Source: Eledone cirrhosa (Eukaryota). Taken from it: 64,000 bases of DNA. Location of the stretch: NCBI GenBank assembly GCA_964016885.1, contig OZ024756.1, positions 27,652,001 through 27,716,000 of the forward strand, in the 5' to 3' direction. Of the stretch, positions 1 through 11,007 are shown piece after piece; the first letter of the stretch is position 1; every line of letters begins with the position of its first letter. The position numbers were made by a program, and so were the translations under genes. The notes under the pieces were generated by a model. The model ran no database searches. It had not been told where the DNA came from and saw nothing but the letters and a program-made list of their open reading frames with translations.

Positions 1-255
1 ACAAATACACATACACACAAATACACACACACACACAAATACACACACACACTCACACCCACAGACACGCACTCACACACTCACACACAGATACGCAGAT
101 ACACAACATAAACACTAACATATACAAAAACAGACACACGCGCGCGCACTCACACGCACACACGCAGTCGCCTCACACACAGACACGCAAACACACAAAC
201 ACAAACACACACATACACAAACATACACGCACAAACACACAAGCACACACACATG
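1..255. repeat. (CA)n-rich simple repeat
   Basis: Degenerate CA dinucleotide run. Confidence 0.95.
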
Positions 256-295
256 TGTGTGTTAGACTCCAGTCGTTTCTAACCACTTCTGTGAA

Positions 296-411
296 GGGAT
301 GTGGCTGAGTGGTGAGAGAACTGGATTCGCAATCGTGAGGCTGTCAGTTCGATTCCTGGACCAGGCCATGCGTTATGTCCTTGAGCAAGACACTTTATTT
401 CACGTTGCTCC
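296..411 (+). mobile_element. tRNA-derived SINE (family 1), 5' part
   Basis: A box TGGCTGAGTGG (302-312), B box GTTCGATTCC (347-356), then CORE-like CCTTGAGCAAGACACTT; relatives at 55480-55620 (+), 51150-51240 (-), 58820-58962 (-). Confidence 0.85.
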
Positions 412-687
412 TTCAACCTGGATTTGCGACCGATAGATAGTATTAGCAATTGGAAAGACCAATGGAAACATTGCTTCCTCGGTCCGATTTAACGAAAGTC
501 GATCGACTCCCATCTGTTCCATTTATTTTTTTTATTAAAGAAACATCCTGCTCATGAAATTTACGTGAAAGTGGCTGAGCATTCTACAAACTCATGTACT
601 CTTAATGCAATTCTCAGGGAGATTCAGCGTGACACAGAGATTGTACGGAACCATCCAGATCCGATTTGCAGTAGCAGAAAAGAGAAT

Positions 688-1179
688 AAGAGAGAGAGAA
701 GAGGGGGGGTAAAAAGAGAGAGAGAGAGAGAGGTGGGGGACAGAAAATAGTGTGAGAGGGCGGGGGGGGGGCAGAAAAGTGTGAGAGAGAGGGGGACAGT
801 AAAAGAGTGTGAGGGAGAGGGGGAGAGAAAAGAGTGTGAGAGAGAGGGTGGGGGACAGAAAAAGATTGTGAGGGAGGGGGGGGGGGGGCAGAAAAGAGTG
901 TGTGAGAGAGAGAGAGGGGGGCAGAAAAAGAGTGTGAGGGAGAGAGAGAGGGGGGACAGAAAAAGGGTGTGAGGGAGAGAGAGAGTAGACGCATCTATAG
1001 GCCTGACTCTGAAGTGTCCTGGTGAGCAATTTGTTTGTGTGTGTGTGTGTGCTTGTGCTTGCGTGTTTGTATGTGTGTGTATGCGTCTGCTTATGTATTT
1101 GTGCGTGTGTGCGCGTGTTTGTGTGTATCCGCGCGTCTGTGTGTGAGTGTGTGAGGCGACTGCGTGTGTGCGTGTCTGT

Positions 1180-1223
<44 letters not shown>

Positions 1224-1490
1224 TTGTGTGTGTGCCTGTGTTTGTGTCTGTTTGTATTTGTGTGTGTATTTGTGTGAATGTGTGTGAGCGTGTGTCCATG
1301 TGCAGGAAAAGCCGTTCATTGTGGATTTCATTTAAGCTTTTTAAACGATCAATAGGTGTTAAGGACGCAGAAGAAGTTATGGTGTCTTTACTATATATAT
1401 ATAAGGCTAGCTGAGGTACCCGGGAGAACAGAGAAAACGACTGTATTGGATGTGTTGTCTGGTATGAGGTGAGACCGTAATGCGTGTGTG

Positions 1491-1558
<68 letters not shown>
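688..1558. repeat. GA-rich and (TG)n low-complexity tracts
   Basis: GA-rich 688-985, (TG)n 1035-1295 and 1482-1558; overlapping ORFs are His/Thr or Val/Cys repeat artefacts. Confidence 0.95.
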
Positions 1559-1560
<2 letters not shown>

Positions 1561-1915
1561 ACATAAAAAAAAACAATCATAAAACTTCTTTATTAGGCTG
1601 GGGGAGTAAACTGCCAATTAAATGGTAGCAATGGCCTTGGATTTTAAATGTTGTGAAATGGCCACAGTCAGTATGATCTTTTTCACCTCCAAAAGACGTC
1701 ATCTGAAAAGCAGCAATATACCGCATAACGTTGCTTCTGAAGTGTTGCTTCGTTAGTACGGATTGTAAGTAGTATATGGATAAAAGCTGGAGGGTTGTTT
1801 AATTTAAAATAGTATCAATTTTTCATTCTTCTGTAAAACCAAAGACTGTAAAACGACTTTATAAAAGCGAACGCAATATTGTTAAACCTCCAACTGATAT
1901 TTTTGTGGCACGTCA

Positions 1916-1953
<38 letters not shown>

Positions 1954-2039
1954 ACCTAACACTTTAATTGTATCTCTCTCTGTATAACGGCCTATCTATC
2001 TCTTTCTGCTTCTCCCCTTGTGTCTCTCTCTCTCTTTAG

Positions 2040-2056
2040 ATATGTGTGTATGTATT

Positions 2057-2126
<70 letters not shown>

Positions 2127-2253
2127 TGTGTGTGTGTGTGTGTATGTGTGTGTGTGTGTGTGTGTAGTTTCCGTGTGATTCAACCAACCAACCAACCAGC
2201 CAACCAACCAACCAACCAACCAACCAACCAACCAACCAACCAACCAACAAACC
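2040..2253. repeat. (TG)n followed by (CCAA)n microsatellite
   Basis: Direct reading. Confidence 0.95.
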
Positions 2254-2949
2254 AGTAAATATCTTTCTTTTATATTATATATAGATATAGATCACAGGTT
2301 CTCAAATAACGAAACGCCTCCTACCCTATTTTTCCATTTTTCAATATTTTGATATCAGTAGATTACTAAAAAATTGATTAACATTATGCAGGCAGCTGAG
2401 AATATAAATACATTCCTTGAAAGGAAATATATAAATTTCAAAAAAAGGAACATAAATGTTCTTTTTTATGAATAAGGACCAGTTGAATTTGTTATATTCC
2501 CACCAGGCGATACCAGCTATTTTGAACATTTATACAAGAGCAACTCTGTCTATCCCAAGAGTGCTCTTATCTGGAAGAATGTGGCAATTATATCATTTCA
2601 AAGCTTTCCAATTTTCCCTTTAATGAAATGGACAGAATAAATGTTGATATCTAACTTGATGTCCCCTCTGCTTTGTGAGCTTAGAGAGGATGGAAGAGGG
2701 TTTTCATGACCACGCTGGAGGGTATATTTATTAGTAAATGGTAAAATATATACAACAAATGAGTAAGTGAATTGTAGTAGATGGTTTCCAGTCCAGTCAG
2801 ACTGCAACTACAAATAAAATAAAATGTTAGTTTACTTCGTAACAATAGCATATCCAAGTTTTCGGATAAATCAATTTACTTTAACTTTGACCTCATTTCA
2901 ATGGGACCCTTGAGCTTCATGGCGTGAGGCTGAATTTTCGTAAGAAGTA

Positions 2950-4030
2950 GTCAGAGATCTCTACGTGTTGCGGTTGCGAGCCTTACTGTGCAGTCTGGAA
3001 ACAGCATCAAACCTTTCTCGACTAAGTATGAGCTTGGAAAAGGCAGAGCAAATCTCTTAGCCTCTGCGTGTAGGAGTGGAAATCGACGCTGAATTTCCTC
3101 TTGCATCCAAAAAAGGGGTTCACCTATTTTGGGAAATCTAATTTTGATCATGTCATCTGCTTGAAGTTCAATGAATTCTTCTTGAAATTTAACATCCAAA
3201 TCGTCGACGTTAGCTATGTAGAGATCTGCTATCCACATTGGGATGTCCATCGGCAACAGATCGACAAACCGTTCTCTCATGTTGTCTTGTAGCGCACGGA
3301 GGTGAGTGGTATCAATTTGGAGTTGGTCATCAGTTACAATGTTTTGAACATTGGCGACACTAGGAAAATTATAGAATACCCATCTACAAAGATTCCTTTC
3401 GATACATTCAATTTGGCCAGGAATGTTTTCACACCATTCCTTGCTTTAAGCAAGGTGATCTTCTTCCCCTGCAAAGCCAAAATGTCGCTATTGCATTTGT
3501 CGAAGATGTCGGTGAGGTAGGCGCAGTCTTGCCTCACATCGAGGGTTTTCTTGTACAGTTCTGTGTTGCGTCCTCGCAGAAACTCAATGATAGAGTCGAA
3601 GAGTTAAAAGAAGTGAGTAAGGCACTTGCCTTTTGAAAGCCACCTCACTTCAGTATGAAGGAGCAACTTGACGAATTCTTCCTCATTATCTTGAAATCCC
3701 GCCGAGGTTGACTTTGCCTTTCATCCTTACAGGGTCGATAAAATAAAGTACCAGTAATGCACTGGGTAATTGCTGGCCTTGTGCCTAAAGTAGAAACAAT
3801 TATCTTGGTACAGTTGCCGGAAAATTCGTTCATTGAGGGAATGCCGTTTGATAAAATTGATGTCATCAAGGACTTGCTCAGCGGCTTGCTGAGTTTCTTC
3901 ACAGCCAAGTGTTGTCGATGAATGACACAATGAACAGCAAATACAGATAGATTTTCTCTCTTCAGAAGAGTGACGAAGCCCTTATGTTGGCCGACCATTG
4001 CTCTTGCGTCGTCCGTAGCACATGATACAA
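2950..4030 (-). pseudogene. Decayed hAT (Buster/Charlie-like, ZBED5/SCAND3-type) transposase
   Basis: Fragments in order: CATDDARAMVG..., HCVIHRQHLA (CxxH), LLLHTEVRWLSKG, AYLTDIFDK..LQGK, FPSSYLVEKG; multiple stops and frameshifts; interrupted by a SINE. Confidence 0.88.
3694..3800 (+). mobile_element. 5'-truncated SINE (family 2) inserted in the hAT remnant
   Basis: AAATCCCGCCGAGGTTGACTTTGCCTTTCATCC...GTAGAAACAATT; TSD ATTATCTTG at 3685-3693 and 3799-3807. Confidence 0.9.
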
Positions 4031-4032
4031 TG

Positions 4033-4230
4033 TGTGTTGTATGTGGTCCTAGATGTATGTATTACCTGCCTGTGTATTGTATGTATACCAGCTTATGTAT
4101 TGCATGTGGTCCCAGCTGTATGTATTACCTGCTTGCGTGTTGTATGTGATCCTAGATGTGTGTATTACCTCCTTATGTGTTGTATGTCGTCCTAGATGTA
4201 TGTATTACTACAACCACTACAACCACTACG

Positions 4231-4310
<80 letters not shown>
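4033..4310. repeat. Degenerate ~44-bp minisatellite followed by (CTA)n
   Basis: TGTATGTGGTCCTAGATGTATGTATTACC repeated about 4 times; (CTA)n 4207-4310. Confidence 0.8.
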
Positions 4311-4739
4311 AAAAGAAATGCACTTAATTTTACAGATTAGACGCTAAGACAGGAATACACATCTTTGTTCTCCATTTAAGTCGAGCAGTGAATTAGACAA
4401 CCTGTTGAGCTCAACAGCAGCAACAACAAAAGACAACTCGATAGGTATAATGCAGCTGCTGTTGCATTTTTAAAATGATAACTTTTAGAATTCAGCTTAC
4501 TCTGTGTGAATTTCAATTCGAGTCAATAGTTAAGTAAAATGTACTATAAATATTTCGTTTGTTACAGAGCGAAGTGTATCCAATCAGTATGTGAAGCAGG
4601 GATACAATTGACATATAGCATTGATGAACTTCTTAACCTCGATCTAAATAACTTTGAAACATTGCCACGTAGATCACCGTTAAGGGTGAAAGCAGCGATT
4701 ATTTGCTTAAACTTTAATCTGTTATTTTAATATATATAT

Positions 4740-5014
4740 ATATCCAAATATTAACGGAGTCATAAACTTGCGTTAGTCCCTGTAAATTATGTGCTCAACG
4801 GAAAAGGAATCCTAGGCTCTTCAAAATACAATATGTAGAAAGGATAACACACTAGAGGGGGGGAGTGTGTGCCATCAATAAACAGGGAAACCGCCAGTGT
4901 ATGGAATCTCTAAACTACGGAAGGTGAGGTAGACACCTCTCTAACTATATATCACACACGTACATGATTTACAGGGACTAACGCAAGTCTATGACTCCGT
5001 TAATATTTGGATAT
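4740..5014. mobile_element. Inverted-repeat element (MITE-like or inverted pseudo-LTR)
   Basis: ~53-bp near-perfect inverted repeats at 4740-4792 and 4962-5014, next to a (TA)n tract. Confidence 0.7.
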
Positions 5015-5322
5015 TTTGCTCTTTATAACAGTCTACATATAAATATATGGCCATGAGTGGCTAGAAATACCGGTGACGTGTACAATTCTTGACCACTCAT
5101 GGAATGACAACAACAGGATCTAAATCAACAAACGAAGGAATTCGATGTTAAAGGACAATAGAAAAATGTGTTTCGTAGAATCGAGACGTATCCGACGACC
5201 GAGTGGATTTCAGAGTCAGGTGTGATCACCATATCGATCGTGCCTCGAGCTGGTCGTCCGAGAAACATTTGTAATATGTCCAATAAATTCCTTTCGTCGC
5301 AACATTGATTCTCTTTTTTCTG

Positions 5323-5389
<67 letters not shown>

Positions 5390-5390
<1 letters not shown>

Positions 5391-5591
5391 CGAAGGAAAT
5401 GTGGTAAGGAACCAGGTGGACCATAAGCACCAAAGTACTCAATACTTATGGTAGTAGAGTGGGTAATAGGAACGAGTAGGACCCCGACGGCTGAGCTCAA
5501 GCCGTTTCGACGGCTAATTCTGGACGACTAATTCTGGACCAGAATTAGCCGTCGAAACGGCTTGAGCTCAGCCGTCGGGGTCCTACTCGTT

Positions 5592-5596
<5 letters not shown>
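5390..5596. mobile_element. Fold-back element in (TA)n, probably a Penelope-like inverted pseudo-LTR
   Basis: 58-bp perfect arms 5466-5523 and 5539-5596; contains stem-GAAA-CGGC..GCCG-TC, the 3' half of a hammerhead. Confidence 0.6.
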
Positions 5597-5646
<50 letters not shown>

Positions 5647-6008
5647 TCTCGTCTACGATTTCACAGAACTTATGTTCACCGAATTCACAGACTAGATTCC
5701 TTCTTCCTCCCGTTAGACCTGTACAGAATTCCTTCCTTGCTCACATTCCAACCAGGTTTGATGGTCTTTATTCTCTCTCGTTCACGATTTCACCGAACTT
5801 ATATTCATGGAAATTTGGGACTTGACTCTTTCTTCCTCATTTTTCGTTGCTTCACCATCTTTGTTTGTTTACACTCTCGTGTCCCCTTTATTTACGTGTC
5901 CCAACGACTTTTTTTTAGCCGTTGCTCGCACCAACCGGAGGTATATGGTCTTTAAAGCGATGAAATACCAATGATGGTTGGAAGATCACTGATGAAGGAC
6001 TAACTTTA

Positions 6009-6126
<118 letters not shown>

Positions 6127-6129
6127 TGA

Positions 6130-7690
6130 GAAGTGACACGCGAGTTGATATATATTAGGAAAATAAGAAAAAAGTAGTAAATGTCAATAGGATTTTCTCG
6201 TAGAATAACAGCAAAACATCTTTTTAAAAGTAATTTATAGTACCGGTTTCAGCCGATAGATATTTCGGCTTCTTCATGCTACAGGAAATATGATAAATAG
6301 CATATAATAAAGTTAAGTTGTATATTAATTAGAAGAGGATATTTATTAGAGAACATAGTTTACATATATATAAAAATTAACATTTTCGTTTCTCTCTCTC
6401 TCTCTCTTGGTGGTTTGGTGGTAGTAGCAGCTAAAATAGAAGTTGACTTGTCCCCTGTTACTGTCTGACTGGCTGTTAATTTCAATTGCAGCAACAGCAG
6501 CAGCAGCGGTAGTAGTAGTAGTATTAGAAGAAGAAGAAGAAGAAGAAGAAGAAGAAGAAGAAGGTGTGGTGGTAATTATAGGGGTATAGTAAAGGATGGA
6601 GGAAAAGACGAAGGAGGAGAAGCAGAAAGAGACGACGGGGAGGTGTGGTAGTAATATGATTATTAATAGTAGTAGTAATAGAAGCTGTCCGTGGGACTGA
6701 CCTTAGTGGTAGAGTGACCTAAAATTGACCTGAAGTAGTAATTGTTTCTAAATATAGAAGTTGACTTCTATATTTCTTAGTATTTCTGTAGGGAATACTG
6801 TTGTTCTTAATTTGTCCATTGGAGTTATTGTTGGGTGCTTGTTGCAGTTTCGTCTGTGGTCGATGCATTTAAATGGGGTTCGTATTATGTGATAAAGTAT
6901 GATTCTTTTGCTAAATCGTTGATTGTGGATAGCGATGTCTTTAAATTTACTAGCAGAAAAACCACGCTTCGGGTGGTTTTTCTGCTAGAATGTGTAGTGT
7001 GTATATTGATGTAGATATGATACATCAAATAAAATCGTAATTGACAATATACACAGAAATTGAACGAAGTCTGTTACACTCTCTTCTATAATCAGTAAAG
7101 TAATCCATGATACACTTAAAAAAAGACGATATTATAAATAAACTGCATTAGGAGAAAATTAGCGATGGAAATATATGCGATATTTTTTATAAGTGTTATA
7201 ATATAACGGCCGCTAACAGGAAGTGTTGACATTTGAACATTTTAAAGAAGTGGATCTTTAAATAAGCTATAAAATATTTTTAATCAACAGCCACGAAATT
7301 AAGCACATAAATTATGTAATATTCAATCATTATTTATTCAAAGTAATCCAACTTATTTTACAAACGGGGTAAAAAAAACATAATCTGGACGCAGTCCCGT
7401 ACTCCTTTCTTTATTATAGTTAAGATTGAGGGGTAAATTCTGAAGTTGCGTTGTTCATAATAGGCGCAGGTGTCAATGTGTTCACTCAGTGCTATTTTTC
7501 TGTGTTCCCGTATTTCAATTTGGGATCTATGAACAGTCACACGCTGACGAAGACTGTTTTTAGTTTGTCCTATGTACTGCTCTCGACAGCCTGAGTAAGT
7601 TAATACATATATCAGGTTTTCTGATGCACATGTGAAATTGTTTTTCACCGTAAAGCGTTGACCCTGTTTGAAATAGAACTCCGATCCCTC
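6130..7690 (-). mobile_element. Penelope-like element remnant (GIY-YIG endonuclease, 3' region, pLTR)
   Basis: 7358-7648 encodes FTCASENLIYVLTYSGCREQYIGQTKNSLRQR..HRSQI (GIY-YIG); 6862-6920 reads (R)LAKESYFIT*YEPHLN (C-terminus); hammerhead-like motif at 6236-6284. Confidence 0.8.
6236..6284 (-). ncRNA. Degenerate minimal type I hammerhead ribozyme
   Basis: Minus strand: UGUAG-C(A)UGAAGA-AGCCGA..UCGGCU-GAAA-CCGG-UA/CUAUA; one extra nucleotide in the CUGANGA box. Confidence 0.6.
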
Positions 7691-7715
7691 TATAATAAAA
7701 TATATAGAGATGATC

Positions 7716-7784
7716 TAGTGGATTGGCAGATCCGGTTAAGGGTCTGACGCCTTGCTTTGCAGCAAAGAGTTACGGCCCTTTATG
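7716..7784 (+). mobile_element. SINE family 2 head, truncated just before the B box
   Basis: GTGGATTGGCAG...GAGTTACGGCCCTTTATG aligns with the head of the full copy at 40612. Confidence 0.8.
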
Positions 7785-8292
7785 CACACACTCGTTCAGT
7801 GCCCGAGCATTGCTGACTTGGGGAGCTATGTCGAACAGTTGCTGTCGCGTGTATGACTGATCCGGTTATCGACTGAGTCCATTGTGCAGATGGTCTCGCC
7901 GTCTTCCTTTGAGGAGGAAGGGCAGGCGGTTTTCATCTACCTGGAGGCCATGGCGAAAGAGATTGTGTGGTGGACAAGGTTGAAAGGATTAAAGACAGAC
8001 ACTTTCCTCTTCGGCGAATCCCTAATTAACTTTTTCAAGTTTCACTTGAAGAGAAAAATCAGGGTGGAGAGGCAAGTGTTGCCCTCTAGCAAGTTTTTGA
8101 AAGGTGGGTGAATGTAGCGAGAATGGTCCGAGTAAACGGGACCGCTCTGAATATACGCCTGTAGTTTGAGAGATGGAAAAATTGAGAGAGGGCGCTTGCC
8201 CTGGTGGTCAGGGTGGCCGTGGTCTTTTGTGTGGTTTTCGCCACGAGTAACCCATTGGGGAATTTTTCATTGTTTCAATTTTCATTTTTATT

Positions 8293-8327
<35 letters not shown>

Positions 8328-8482
8328 TATGTTTCTATGTCTTTTTTTTTCTTTTCTTATATAAATAATAAAAACCTTTACACGCACAAGACCCACATCA
8401 TACCTTCCTGTGCCGTCTGTAATGTTTTTCTTGATGTCAGCCCTTGTGGCCAATAAAGAAATCATTATTATTATTATTATTT
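7783..8482 (+). mobile_element. Tx1-clade element A0, 5'-truncated and decayed
   Basis: Homologous to the ORF2 C-terminus (GQAVFIYLEAMAKEIVWWTRLKGLK) and 3' UTR; ends CCCTTGTGGCCAATAAAGAAATC-(ATT)n. Confidence 0.93.
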
Positions 8483-8870
8483 TTTATTTTCTTTCATTAT
8501 TGTTTCTGAGATATATGCCGAGTGTCTTCCTGACACCTAGGGCAAATAAATTCACAGTGTGCATTGGTAAGCCAGTTAATACAGCACATTGATTATAATA
8601 ATAATAAAAAAATTTATTATTATTATTATTATTATCATTATTATTATTATTATTATTGAATGCCATGGTTGACGGAGGCTCGGCTCTGTAAGGTATAGTA
8701 ATTTTTAACCGTTAAAACAATTGTAAATTGTTTAAAACTTGAACCAAATTGTTGATAAAGACACCCTCCTCCTCGTGAGAGGGGTCTTTCTGTCCGTTAT
8801 TTGGCCCTTCGGGGTTAAATAACCAGTTATTGGGGTTTTGTACCCAAAATTTCTTTTTAAACAAAAAAAC

Positions 8871-10972
8871 ATGGCTACCAAAAAAAAAAAAAATTTCATA
8901 CGTCACTCCCACTCATTCCGTCTTCTTCTTCCTCAATCATCACTACAGGAGAGAGAAGATTGTCTCTCTCCCTCCCTTCTTTAAATGTGTCTCTCTCCCT
9001 ACCTTCTCTTTCGCAAGCGACGAAAGAAAAGAAAAGTCTCGTGCAAAGCGTGCAAGGTTTCTCCACGACGACGACGACAGCGACGAAACAGGTGTGCGGG
9101 AAATACGAAAACCCAGTTCATTCGTCTGACGTCAGGAATAATAGCAGTAGCAGCCGTAATAACAACAGCAACAGTGACAATGAAAACAACAGTAGCAGCC
9201 GCAACAGCATCACCAGCAGCATAAACAACAACAGCATTAGCAGCAGCAACACCAACAACAACCACAGCAACAGCGGCGGAGGCAGTAGTCGTAGTACCTG
9301 CAGCAACAACAAAAGTACCAGCAGCTCTGACGACAACAACAACAGCAGAGAAAAACCAATCTCATTTGCAGGTATTGCGAAAAACCTGGAAACAATCCTC
9401 ATAACAAATGAGGAATTAGAGGAAGCGAAGAAGATGGTGACAAAGAACGGACACCGAGCAATCTGCAAGGCAGCGAAAAATTTTTTCGAAACCCAAGAGC
9501 ACTGTACGGTCACGTACCGTACAGTAAGTACAAAATCCCGTAGGGTGGAAAGAGCCACAGAGGCCCAAATACAAAAAGCCTTGGGGTCTGTGTGGCAGAG
9601 GAAAACGCACATCACCCGAGGCAAAAAATACGCCACCGTAGACGTACTTTTTGCCACACCCCAGGAGGCAAAGGCCCAATCAGTAGTGACCCTAAGGAGC
9701 GAGGAAATGGTGTTGGTGCCCTCCTACTGCGGGCAAAAAATTGTGAGGGTCAAACTGACCCACGTCCCCCCCGGAATGACCCCTTCTTGGCTGGCCGCGT
9801 CTGTCCTCGTCGGAATCGAGGACAAAACAACTGTACTGCAAGTACAGAAAAAAGTAAGAGAAGATTGGGTCGGCTCCTCCATTGAGATGCTAATCCAAAC
9901 CAACCAGGAGTGCATCGAAGCTATCCCGGATGTGATAGACTTCGATAACGGCACTCAACTGCCCATAAGTGTTGAGGGCAAACGCCCGAAATGCTTTCGC
10001 TGTGGATCGAAGACTCACCTCAGGGCCTTCTGCAACGAGAAGACCCTGAGAAAGGAGAAAACCCCCCTCCTCCCGAATCCGGTTCCACGGCTACCAGCAA
10101 CAGGACAAGCGGCAACCAGGAACGATAGGTCCGTGGCACCCATACCCACTCCACGGAAATCAAAGACAGCAGCAGCAGTGGAAATATTAACAACAACAAC
10201 AGCAATACCAAATGCAGCTGCAACAGAGACTCCAGTGCAAACATCACCAACAACAACAAGTGAAAGAGTGGAGCTGGTACCCCTCCCCGACCTTACAGAA
10301 TCAGACATGGAGTGTGAGGTGGGAGAGGGATGGCAAAAGGTCTCAAGAAGGCACAAACGCAGAAGCAGCGCATCGTCGCCTTTGAAAAGGGAGGAAAGAA
10401 ATGAGAAAAGGGTAAAGTCTACTGCAAAGAGACCCACAGCAGCAACACCACCAACACCATCACCACCCACACCAGCACCACCATCACCACCGGCGACAAC
10501 CCCACCGCCAACAACACCTTCAACACCACCACCACAAGCACCAACATCGCAAACACAACAACAAAACACACACACCCAGCAACAACGACAAGAAAATAGC
10601 AGAACCACACCCCACCCCCAGAAAAACAAATGCACGGCAATAAACACACACAACAAGAAACTAATGACTTACATAATTGAACACACAGACATTTCACAAC
10701 AGGACTACATAATACCAGCACCAATCAAAACGCCAACTAACATAAGACTGCTAAAAATAGCACAGAAACAATACACAAACATTAAAACGAAATTCCCCAA
10801 CGCAGTTGGTGATTTCAGGGACCTAGGAGGAACCATTAATCGAAGAGTATATTCAGACATTCTCTTAGAAGAGCCGACGACCAGCCGAAGGGACGATTCA
10901 ACGGTCCCTTCACCAGACGATCAAGTGAAAAGGGATGTAAAAACCATCCCTCCTCTACCAAAAATACGGTAA
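8871..10972 (+). CDS. A1 ORF1 (CCHC zinc-knuckle protein); frameshift in the poly-A run after the ATG
   Basis: ATG at 8871 matches the A2 start, but the A-run at 8880-8893 shifts the frame; main frame 8960-10972 has CFRCGSKTHLRAFC. Confidence 0.85.
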
Positions 10973-11007
10973 GTGGTCTTTCCCATCTTTTCCACTCTAT
11001 TTTAAAC

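Noticed and set aside
296-365. tRNA gene
   Set aside because: A and B boxes run into a SINE body; no complete cloverleaf or terminator
565-2258. His/Thr- and Val/Cys-rich ORFs (also 49280-50347, 57936-63678)
   Set aside because: Translations of (CA)n, (TG)n and (TA)n microsatellites
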